Shown: positions 16,248-24,296 of the stretch, piece after piece
Position numbering within the stretch: position 1 is the first letter of the stretch
Layout of the letters: every line of letters begins with the position of its first letter
Source of the DNA: Desulfotalea psychrophila LSv54
Lineage (GTDB): Bacteria; Desulfobacterota; Desulfobulbia; Desulfobulbales; Desulfocapsaceae
Length of the DNA stretch: 32,000 nt
Reading direction: 5' to 3'
Assembly (NCBI RefSeq): GCF_000025945.1
Contig: NC_006139.1
Span: forward strand, 60,001 to 92,000
The notes under the pieces: generated by a model
What the model was told of the DNA's origin: nothing
Database searches by the model: none
The model's input: only the letters and a program-made list of their open reading frames with translations
Translations under genes and position numbers: made by a program

Positions 16248-16926
16248 TTTTATCGAGGTGATGGTCATTGTCGAAGGAAAAACTGAAGAGAACTTTGTTA
16301 AAAGCCTGTTAAGTAAATATCTTTCTGAAAGAAATATCTTTATGTCTGCCACACAAGTTACTAAACTGGGGCAAAAGGGCGGTGATGTTCGTTTTGAACG
16401 AGTTAAAAATGATATTGGACTTCACTTAAAACAACGGGCTGACACTTATGTAACCACATTGGTCGATTATTACGGCATAAAAGAATGGCCTGGGTTAGAT
16501 GAGGTTCCACCTCGGTCCACTCCGACCAAGATTGCACAAATTGTTAACCGAGCGACTAGCGATAAAGTGAGGGCGCTTTTTTCAAGTCTGAATACAGATC
16601 GACGCTTTGTGCCCTATATTGCAATTCATGAATTTGAGGCGTTACTATTTTCTGACAGTCGTATTCTTGCTTCAGAGCTAGGAATAAGTGAAGAGGAGGT
16701 TACATCTGTCCTCGTAAAATGCAGCGAGCCGGAGGCGATTAACAACAGTCCTGAAACGGCTCCCTCAAAGCGGCTTGATGGCTGGGCAAAGAACGGTAAA
16801 TTTGCAAAAACGAGTGCCGGAATTGCTATCGCCAAAATAATAGGAATTGCTGCTATGCGTGATAGATGCCCAGTTTTCAATGACTGGCTTGAAAGGTTGG
16901 AGATGATTCAGAGAGATTTGCCATGA
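16243..16926 (+). CDS. DUF4276 family protein (Toprim-like putative nuclease partner of the ATPase)
   Basis: MSDFIEVMVIVEGKTEENFVKSLLSKYL (Toprim-like acidic start), TTLVDYYGIKEWPG, YIAIHEFEALLFSD, PEAINNSPETAPSKRL. Start codon overlaps the ATPase stop (ATGA), implying translational coupling; the track ORF starts slightly earlier at 16222. Confidence 0.82.
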   Translation, partial: SDFIEVMVIVEGKTEENFVKSLLSKYLSERNIFMSATQVTKLGQKGGDVRFERVKNDIGLHLKQRADTYVTTLVDYYGIKEWPGLDEVPPRSTPTKIAQIVNRATSDKVRALFSSLNTDRRFVPYIAIHEFEALLFSDSRILASELGISEEEVTSVLVKCSEPEAINNSPETAPSKRLDGWAKNGKFAKTSAGIAIAKIIGIAAMRDRCPVFNDWLERLEMIQRDLP

Positions 16927-17198
16927 AACTGAAATTTAAGAAGTAAACCTATCAGGCAAGAACCCAGGGTGAAGGATTATTTTTAGGGCCGGCAATTGGC
17001 AAGATCGCTAAACACAAGCCGATCTACACAGAGAGCAGGGGAAAAGCCGGAGAGAATCTTCAGAAATAACTATTTGGGGACCATAAACTATAGCAGCGCT
17101 CAGACGAATTTAGACCTTCTATTAAATTTATCCTGCAGATGATTCTCCAAATACTTACTTTGGCAGGAGCGGGCTGCAGACACCTCCTTATCTTAATT

Positions 17199-17302
17199 GA
17201 AAACTACTTTCTTGTTTTGTTTACAAACTTATTTTTTGTTTTAATCACAAACTACTTTCTTGTTTTATTACAGGTTTATTTTTATGTGACAAATCTTCTG
17301 CC
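17199..17302 (+). repeat. Iteron-like block, copy 2
   Basis: 102/104 identical to 14387-14490. Further homology resumes at 17343-17400 (GCCTAAGCCATCAAAAATAATGGGTTATCTTAT...TCAGAGGGAAAATCGTAAGC) with 14488-14555. Confidence 0.85.
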
Positions 17303-17559
17303 ACCCTCAAAAAAAAAGATCATTGCAAACTAAGTGATTTATGCCTAAGCCATCAAAAATAATGGGTTATCTTATATTTTTCAGAGGGAAAATCGTAAGC
17401 ATTTTGTAAGTGTCTGAGGACAAAGAGTTCTGCTAATCGTCGGAGGATATTGAGAGTTGATGGGACGGATCTCTTCTCTCGTCCAACCCAAACGACAACA
17501 TTCCCCTTGCCAAAAAAAAAAGTATTAGGTAATTTCAGGCTGTGCTAAAAAAAAGCACA

Positions 17560-17577
17560 ATGGGTTTGGAAGCCCAT
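17560..17577 (+). promoter_or_regulatory. Upstream target hairpin (a1-like), ATGGG-TTTGGAAG-CCCAT
   Basis: Perfect 5-bp stem presenting UUUGGAAG, complementary to CUUCCAA (17750-17756) in the structured RNA; followed by TCCACGG (17582-17588), complementary to CCGTGGA (17738-17744). Confidence 0.55.
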
Positions 17578-17600
17578 CCTGTCCACGGCGAATACACACG

Positions 17601-17632
17601 CCACCAGTCTGTTTTTTAAAGGTGGTTTTTTT
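17601..17632 (+). terminator. Terminator-like hairpin plus T-run in leader
   Basis: CCACC-agtctgttttttaaa-GGTGG-TTTTTTT. Confidence 0.45.
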
Positions 17633-17700
17633 ATGCCTTTTGTTTAAGGCTATAGTATCGTGTATTCATATATCACAGCATTGAACCGCACAGAATTTCT

Positions 17701-17779
17701 AGGGCGGGCTATATGTGGGAGCTTCGGCTCGCTGGTTCCGTGGATCAGTCTTCCAACCCATATAGTCCCGCCCTTTTTT
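17701..17779 (+). ncRNA. c4 (P1) / CI (P4)-type antisense regulatory RNA candidate
   Basis: Closing stem GGGCGGG(17702-17708)/CCCGCCC(17767-17773) continued by CTATAT/ATATAG, internal GAGC-UUCG-GCUC tetraloop hairpin (17719-17730), trailing TTTTTT. Antisense segments TCCGTGGA (17737-17744) and CTTCCAA (17750-17756) have complements on both sides. Confidence 0.68.
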
Positions 17780-17800
17780 GTTTGGAAGCAGAAGGGGGCG

Positions 17801-17833
17801 GTGAATCCTACAACCACGGAGACACTGCTATGA
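17801..17833 (+). CDS. Putative 10-codon leader peptide (MNPTTTETLL), stop overlapping the downstream start
   Basis: GTG AAT CCT ACA ACC ACG GAG ACA CTG CTA TGA preceded by GGGGG; its TGA overlaps ATG at 17830 (ATGA). Confidence 0.4.
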   Translation: MNPTTTETLL

Positions 17834-18846
17834 TAAGAAGAGGTTTCAGCAACATCTTTTCAGAGAAGACATTTGCAAGCAACGAACAATTCAACACCGC
17901 CTGCAGACAGCTCAGAATCACTCAAGACGTACAATTAATCTACTCAAGCCTTCACTGGCTTTCGCTCAAGACAGGCTATGCATGGCCTTCTCAGAGCTTT
18001 CTCGCCAACGAGATAGGACGCTCACTTCGTACCGTTAAATCGCACATTGCCAAGCTCAAGAGCCTTGGGCTCATAATCGTTAAGCAACGCAATAACGGGC
18101 AGACTGCCTTATACTATCCACTGCCTTTAAGCGAAGTAGCAGCACACCTCCCAGGATGCGCCCAGAGCCAAGCTGATGGGGTCAACGGACAGGGTGAACG
18201 CCATAGTGTCGCTGGATTTATCTCTCAGAAGGGCAATAAGCGCACCGCCACGAGGCACGATTCTGCACACCTCCATAATATAGAGATTAGTACAAGTACT
18301 ATTCCCCCTAAGTCCCCCACAGGGGAAGAGGCTGAGATTTCCTTCCTGAAACTTTGGGAGGTGTGGCCCATCCAACAGGCGAAGAAGTCAGCACGTAGAA
18401 TCTTCATGCGTCTCTACCGTCGTGGAATCATTCCTTCCGTGGAACACCTCTTGAGGATTGTGCAGAACCTGAAGAAATATGACAGGGCATGGATGAACGG
18501 CAAGGTTGCACAACTCCACCGATGGTTACGAGATGAGAGGTGGACAGATAAGGCCTTTAAAGGCCTACAGCCTGCCCCTGTGGCAGCACCCAAAGTCTCT
18601 AAGGCGATAGAACCTGAATTCACACCAGAAGAGCATAGGGCAAGGTCCAGCTACCTGGAACTGTCAGTGGCGGTTATGACCCGGAGGGCCTCCACCGCAT
18701 TGGATCATATCACAGAGAAAATTGTAGAAGGGCTAGGAGGGCTCCAGCGGCTACGAAAGAAGGGGATGACGTGTTTACCTATGGCAACTTCCTTGAAGAA
18801 TACAGAAGCTTACAGGCCGCTTAAGGACTTAGGGTGGTATTGTTGA
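17830..18846 (+). CDS. HTH-domain replication-initiation-like protein of plasmid/phage type
   Basis: LIYSSLHWLSLKTGYAWPSQSFLANEIGRSLRTVKSHIAKLKSLGLIIVKQRNNGQTALYYPL is a winged-HTH typical of phage/plasmid replication proteins. The track ORF from 17713 reads through the structured RNA; ATG 17830 with GGAG at 17818-17821 is the better start. Confidence 0.6.
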   Translation: MIRRGFSNIFSEKTFASNEQFNTACRQLRITQDVQLIYSSLHWLSLKTGYAWPSQSFLANEIGRSLRTVKSHIAKLKSLGLIIVKQRNNGQTALYYPLPLSEVAAHLPGCAQSQADGVNGQGERHSVAGFISQKGNKRTATRHDSAHLHNIEISTSTIPPKSPTGEEAEISFLKLWEVWPIQQAKKSARRIFMRLYRRGIIPSVEHLLRIVQNLKKYDRAWMNGKVAQLHRWLRDERWTDKAFKGLQPAPVAAPKVSKAIEPEFTPEEHRARSSYLELSVAVMTRRASTALDHITEKIVEGLGGLQRLRKKGMTCLPMATSLKNTEAYRPLKDLGWYC

Positions 18847-18940
18847 TACCATTTTAAATTTGGCTCATGTTGCGTTTCGGGGTCGTAACTTGGTAAAAGA
18901 ATGTTTTACTTTTACCAACTACTTAAAAGAGTCTCACTAT

Positions 18941-19111
18941 ATGAAGGTAAACATAAAGACCCTGATAGATGATGTACAATGTTACGACACCGTGCGTGAG
19001 TTACGCTGGCCCGAAGGCCGAGAATGTCCGTTTTGTAATTCTAAGAAAGTTATCAAGAGAGGTTATGACGACAAGGAACCTGCAAGACAACGCTATGAGT
19101 GTAAAGGCTGA
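18941..19111 (+). pseudogene. IS1595-family transposase N-terminal remnant
   Basis: MKVNIKTLIDDVQCYDTVRELRWPEGRECPFCNSKKVIKRGYDDKEPARQRYECKG then stop: zinc-ribbon N-terminus only. Confidence 0.75.
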
Positions 19112-19177
19112 AGTAGTACAATAAGTGCAACAGACTAAAGTTTGAAAAGTAAAAAATCAATTTAGAGAGGCAGATGA

Positions 19178-20227
19178 ATGGGAACATTAAATATCCTGGT
19201 GACAGGCGGGGCTGGTTATATCGGCAGTCATACCTGTCTGGAATTGTTAGAGGCAGGCTATGAGGTCACCGTTGTGGATGATCTGTCAAATTCGTGTTAT
19301 GAAGCCCTATCCCGGGTGGAGGCACTTACTGGAAAAAAAATAACCTTTCATCAGGTAAATGTCCTTGACCAGCAGGCCCTCGATGCTGTTTTTGTAAGTA
19401 GCAAAAAGCCCTTTGCCGCAGTGATTCATTTTGCGGGACTAAAGGCAGTTGGTGAGTCTGTGGCCAAGCCACTCCATTATTATCATAATAATGTCACGGG
19501 AACCCTTGTTCTCTGTGACCTTATGGCTAAGCACGGGGTGAAAAATATTATCTTCAGCTCTTCGGCAACGGTTTATGGTGATCCAGCAACTGTCCCCATA
19601 ACCGAAGATTTTCCTCTTTCCTGTACCAACCCCTACGGACGCACCAAATTGATGGTAGAGGAGATTCTTGCCGATCTCCACGGGGCAGACCATGAGTGGA
19701 ATGCCTGCCTGCTTCGCTATTTTAATCCTGTCGGAGCTCATAAGAGCGGCCGGATAGGGGAAGACCCCAATGGCATTCCCAACAACCTTATGCCTTATAT
19801 TGCCCAAGTCGCCATTGATCGTCTTGATTTCTTGTCAATTTTTGGCAATGATTACCCTACGGTCGATGGCACGGGGATGCGGGATTATATTCATGTGGTC
19901 GATCTGGCCAAAGGGCATGTCTGTGCTGTAAAAAAAGTTCTTGAGGGTCAGGGCATTACAACCTACAATTTGGGAACAGGTCGTGGCTACAGTGTACTTG
20001 AGATGGTGAGCGCCTTCTCCAGAACCTGCGGCCGTGATATCGCCTATAAAATAGTAGCGAGACGAGCGGGTGATATAGCAGAATGTTATGCGGATGCAAC
20101 CAAGGCATTAGATGAGCTTGACTGGTTGGCCTCCCTGGGCCTTACGGAAATGTGCGAAGACACTTGGCGCTGGCAGAAAAATAATCCCACGGGCTATCTC
20201 GGCAATAGAGAGGTAAGCGGTAGCTAA
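19178..20227 (+). CDS. galE: UDP-glucose 4-epimerase
   Basis: [35 protein letters not shown]..., [51 protein letters not shown]. Confidence 0.97.
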   Translation: MGTLNILVTGGAGYIGSHTCLELLEAGYEVTVVDDLSNSCYEALSRVEALTGKKITFHQVNVLDQQALDAVFVSSKKPFAAVIHFAGLKAVGESVAKPLHYYHNNVTGTLVLCDLMAKHGVKNIIFSSSATVYGDPATVPITEDFPLSCTNPYGRTKLMVEEILADLHGADHEWNACLLRYFNPVGAHKSGRIGEDPNGIPNNLMPYIAQVAIDRLDFLSIFGNDYPTVDGTGMRDYIHVVDLAKGHVCAVKKVLEGQGITTYNLGTGRGYSVLEMVSAFSRTCGRDIAYKIVARRAGDIAECYADATKALDELDWLASLGLTEMCEDTWRWQKNNPTGYLGNREVSGS

Positions 20228-21150
20228 ATTACACTCCAGCGGCCAGTATACTCCAACTCTTCCTGACTGAGATTGCTAGGAAGCAATTGTCGGCACTCCT
20301 CTTCATTTTCAGCAAAAGGAAGTTTCTCGAATAGATACCTGAGGTAGGCGTATGGTTCAAGCTTACATACCTTAGCACTTTCGATCAGCGAATAGATTGT
20401 CGCGCTGGCCCGTGCACCTTCCGCTGTTCCAGCAAAGAGCCAGTTTTTCCGACCTATAACGAAGGGTCGAATTGCATTTTCAGCTAGGTTATTATCTGGT
20501 GTTGCCGCTGCACAATCGATAAATTGCTCGAGCCTATGCCATTGGGAAAGAGCATAGCCGATAGCTCTATCCAAAAGTCCTTTTGGCAAAACTTGGTCCT
20601 CTTTTTTGAACAACCAATCATGAAACTTCTGAAGCAGCACTTTGCTCTTTTCATTTCGAGCAGCAATAAGCTCCTGTCCAGATAAGCCATCATGGGCAAA
20701 CTCCTTTTCCAGGCGAGAAAGATCCCGTATGTAGTCAAAGCCATAGTAACACTGCCTGGCTTACCTGCTTTTTTGCCCCGAGCCTTATCGGCATCATGGA
20801 ATTTTCGACGCACGTGAGCCCAGCATCCAAGATGGACAATTTCTTGTTCTTTATCCAAAAAACCATATCCTGCATAGCCATCAGATTGCACCGTTCCCAC
20901 ATATCCTTGGAAAAATGTTGCCGCTACACTCGCTGAACGGGTTGATTCATAATGATAGAGCATAGATGGACGTGTAGGATCCCCACCCCGAAAAATCCAC
21001 CGAGGATTTGGTTTCGGCGGCACAACCTGGTTCTTGGAGCACTTGAATTGTTGTTTCATCAACATTTACCAAGGGCCCTGATAAAATCACTTGCTGAAGC
21101 AGCTTGCGAAGCGGCTCGCATTTATCAGCTATACTTTTATTGATCTTACC
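20224..21150 (-). pseudogene. IS66-family transposase remnant (frameshifted, N-terminus missing)
   Basis: VQSDGYAGYGFLDKEQEIVHLGCWAHVRRKFHDADKARGKKAG in one frame; NLAENAIRPFVIGRKNWLFAGTAEGARASATIYSLIESAKVCKLEPYAYLRYLFEKLP in the other. Confidence 0.88.
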
Positions 21151-21205
21151 CCGATATTGTGGAGTCCATATTAACTCGTTATAATACGAGGAACAGGAGG
21201 CTCAC

Positions 21206-21506
21206 ATGGTTATACAAAAACATAGAAAATATGATGCAGATTTTAAACGTAGTACTATTCTTTTAAGTTTAGAACCTGTTAGAACTATTAGAGAAATTGC
21301 AGATAATCTAGGCATACATGTGGATTTTATCTATCAATGAAGAAAAAAATATGAAGAGCAGGGAGAGATAGCGTTCCCTGGTAACGGTATTCCAGCCCTT
21401 ACTTCTGAGCAGAAAAAGATCAAAGTGCTTGAGAAAGAATTAAAGAATATCACTATGGAGAGGGACATTCTAAAAAAAGCCATGGCCATTTTCAGCAGAA
21501 CACAGT
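21206..21506 (+). pseudogene. IS3-family OrfA remnant with in-frame stop, truncated by an IS5-like element
   Basis: MVIQKHRKYDADFKRSTILLSLEPVRTIREIADNLGIHVDFIYQ*RKKYEEQGEIAFPGNG...LTSEQKKIKVLEKELKNITMERDILKKAMAIFS. Confidence 0.8.
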
Positions 21507-21890
21507 GGCCTTGTTGCACAAATAGAAGTTGCTGGCCTTGACGTTCTGGGTGGACAAGAAAGCGATTGAAGGCGGCACTATCGGAACAGTGTGGTCGTAG
21601 CCGCAAGTACACTGATGATGCACGACCTGTCTGATGTGGAACCATTTACAACTTGTCTCTCAGAGGTGCCGAAGGTTTTCTGAACTCAATTCTTGAACTG
21701 CTGACTCTGGAGCGGCAGTGCCCTGACACACCTGTAGTTAAGCGTGCAAAAACTGTTGAGATAAATTATAGGCTCCCAAGTCGTGGCCGATTAAGCATAT
21801 CGATTCGACTGGGTGTAAACCATGGAGGAGTAAGAGGGAGTTCGCAGCCCGTAAAGAGGGCTATAAATTACCATCTTCTGCTATTTTCCA
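21507..21890 (+). mobile_element. IS5-family element remnant (left end plus partial transposase)
   Basis: Starts GGCCTTGTTGCACAAATAGAAGTTGCTGGCC; first ~110 bp nearly identical to 25829 onwards; LRGAEGFLNSILELLTLERQCPDTPVVKRAKTVEINYRLPSRG is IS5-type transposase; no proper right end. Confidence 0.75.
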
Positions 21891-21926
21891 GAGATTAGCA
21901 TTTAGCACAGCAGGTATCCCCGCAGC

Positions 21927-22793
21927 CTATAGCTGCAGGTTCTGCAAATACTCCCGCAAAGGCCCACCAATCTCAGGATGTTCAAGGGCAAAGGCGATGT
22001 TGGCCATCTGAAAACCGACCTTGTCGCCACAGTCAAAACGGGTGCCCTCAAAATTCACCCCAAAAATGGGCTGTTCAGCAAGAAGCGCCACCATGGCGTC
22101 GGTGACCTGAATTTCACCACCGGCACCACTCTGTTGCCTGCCGAGGAAATCAAAGATACGGGGGGTAAAGATATAACGACCAATGGCCGCAAGGTTTGAG
22201 GGTGCATCCTCAGGTCTTGGCTTTTCCACCATGGAGGAGAGACGAAGCACTCCTTCATAGACCTGCTCACCCTCCAGTATACCGTAACGACCGGTCTCTT
22301 CCCGTGGAACTTCAATAGTAGCCACCATGGAGGCCCGCAGACGATCAAACTGGTGGATCATCTGCTGGAGGACAGGCCTCTCACTCTTCACCAGGTCATC
22401 GGCCAGGAGCACGGCAAAGGGCTCATCCCCCACAACATCACGGGCACACCAGATAGCGTGACCAAGCCCCAGGGGCTGACTTTGCCGGGTATAGATAATA
22501 GAACCCGAAGCAGGGACCAGAGATTCTACCGTACGCAGCAACTCATCCTTGCCTCGTTTGCTCAGGGTATCTTCCAGTTCATAACTGCTGTCAAAGTGGT
22601 TTTCCAGGGAAGATTTGCCGCTGCCGGTAACAAAGATCAGTTGTTCAATCCCTGAATCAAGGGCCTCCTCCACCGCATACTGGATAAGTGGTTTGTCCAC
22701 TATCGGTAGCATCTCTTTAGGCATCGCCTTGGTTGCCGGCAAAAATCGTGTACCTAAACCTGCCACGGGAAAAACAGCCTTTTTTATCTTCAT
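21927..22793 (-). CDS. galU: UTP-glucose-1-phosphate uridylyltransferase
   Basis: MKIKKAVFPVAGLGTRFLPATKAMPKEMLPIVDKPLIQYAVEEALDSGIEQLIFVTG... Confidence 0.97.
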   Translation of the reverse strand: MKIKKAVFPVAGLGTRFLPATKAMPKEMLPIVDKPLIQYAVEEALDSGIEQLIFVTGSGKSSLENHFDSSYELEDTLSKRGKDELLRTVESLVPASGSIIYTRQSQPLGLGHAIWCARDVVGDEPFAVLLADDLVKSERPVLQQMIHQFDRLRASMVATIEVPREETGRYGILEGEQVYEGVLRLSSMVEKPRPEDAPSNLAAIGRYIFTPRIFDFLGRQQSGAGGEIQVTDAMVALLAEQPIFGVNFEGTRFDCGDKVGFQMANIAFALEHPEIGGPLREYLQNLQL

Positions 22794-22902
22794 ATGACCT
22801 CGCTGTGAGAATTTTTTAACTATGAAATCGTTTGTATGAACTGCCGAACAGGTCTCTGCACCATGCAGGAAACCCTAACTCACCTCCGCTTCTCGTACTA
22901 CT

Positions 22903-24023
22903 CTAACTCTGTTTAAGATTGTTTGCGAAAATCCCCATTATATGCTGGCTTATGAAAAGCATGAGTATGACACAGCTAGCACCCGCCAGATCAATCAATA
23001 CATCGCCTACCAGTGCACTTCGGCCATCGATAAATAATTGCATTAATTCTGTGCCACTAGAAACTATACTAATATCGAGTAAAGTCAGTAATAAAAGGGT
23101 TCTGCCCCGTAAAAAATGCAAGAGTCCACCAAGAATACCAAAGAGTATGAAATGAGCTATCTTTGTGATATCCAACTTGAAAATTTCTAAAGATGTTAAT
23201 TGAACAAAGACGTTAGGAGTATCATGGGGTATATGGTCAAGCACTTGGGTTTTAAATGTCTTTGCATGGCTGATAATTTCTGCTCTTGCTTCATTTTTTA
23301 AGGTTACAGGCATAGTTGTGCCGATAATTATGGTAAGCGTAACAAGTACTAAAGGGGCAAACCACTTTTTATCAAAGCCATTGGCCACTACCGCAGACAC
23401 CAGGAGAGAAACAATCAATAATGTCCATAGACCAAAACAGATCCAACGAACCACCCTGTACACAGGATTGAGCTGCACACGATAGAGTGCTAAGTTCCTT
23501 ACCTGCAATTCACCCGTAGAGTGGCTGAGTTGTATGCTGATTCTAACTTCTGTAGTGTGGGAAGAACGGGAAAGACTTGTCTGGATTTCTCCCAATCGTG
23601 AGTTCCGTCGAGCGTAATCAGTTGATGGGGTGCTGAGTAGTTCGCTTTGGCTGCAACATATTGTACTAAAACGATACGACCTTTTTCCCATCCTTTGACG
23701 CCACCAACGATTCCGGCAGTTTTTACCTCTGCCACCAGAACCACTTTGCTGCCAAGCAAACCAGGGTTTATTCTTTGTGTTAATTGTGCAGATTGTTCAG
23801 ACTTGCAAAGCATCATTCTGGCAGTACCTGAATCCACCTCTATGATAGCAGATTGTGAGCCGCTCACTTCCCACTCCTTCATACCTGATGAAAAACCAGG
23901 ATGAAAAAGTATCTGTTCTCCTCTTGCAATGTATTTATCTATATAGCTGGTAGCCAGTAGCGTACCGAATGATAAAATAAAAAAACAAATGATTTTTAGT
24001 CGTGAAATTTTTAAGAACGGCAT
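22903..24023 (-). pseudogene. VanZ-like membrane protein with N-terminal extracytoplasmic domain; split by an apparent frameshift
   Basis: N-part 23499-24023 (membrane anchor + ...TLDGTHDWEKSRQVFPVLPT...) and C-part 22903-23691 (...TTEVRISIQLSHSTGELQVRNLALYRVQ... + DITKIAHFILFGILGGLLHFLRG...GTELMQLFIDGRSALVGDVLIDLAGASCV) are in different frames and overlap with complementary sequence sense. Confidence 0.65.
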
Positions 24024-24041
24024 AAATAATTGAAGGTATCA

Positions 24042-24260
24042 GGGGCCTTATTGCACAAATAGAATTTGCTAGCATTGCTCGATGTTGTTTTCTTGTAACA
24101 TAGAGCATTGGAGGAGTTATGGGAGACAGCAGGAGAAGGAGCAAAACTTTAAACAAGATTAACGCTTTAGGGATGCCTGTTCGAAAGGTTATTTGCTAAG
24201 ATGAAATGGATTAGAGAGGAACTAATTTTTCTTCCTTCATGATTTATGCAACAAGGCCCC
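24042..24260. mobile_element. MITE-like ~219-bp internally deleted IS5-type element
   Basis: Ends GGGGCCTTATTGCACAAAT...ATTTATGCAACAAGGCCCC (inverted repeats). The right half (actttaaacaagattaacgctttagggatgcctgtt...) matches 26495-26611. Confidence 0.7.
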
Positions 24261-24296
24261 TATAGCGTACCCCACTACTACACTTTATCTCGAATT

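Noticed and set aside
17701-17779. Retron msr-msd or riboswitch
   Set aside because: No reverse transcriptase nearby, and the paired 7-nt complements flanking both sides are better explained by c4/CI antisense architecture.
17713-17829. N-terminal extension of the 17713 ORF (MWELRLAGSVDQSSNPYSPALFCLEAEGGG...)
   Set aside because: It reads through the structured antisense-RNA element and its U-run. The ATG at 17830 with GGAG 8 nt upstream is a better start.
22055-22655. ORFs opposite or overlapping galU and ugd (22055..22348, 22353..22655, 24515..24772, 24711..25172, 24965..25153)
   Set aside because: Shadow ORFs of confidently identified conserved genes.
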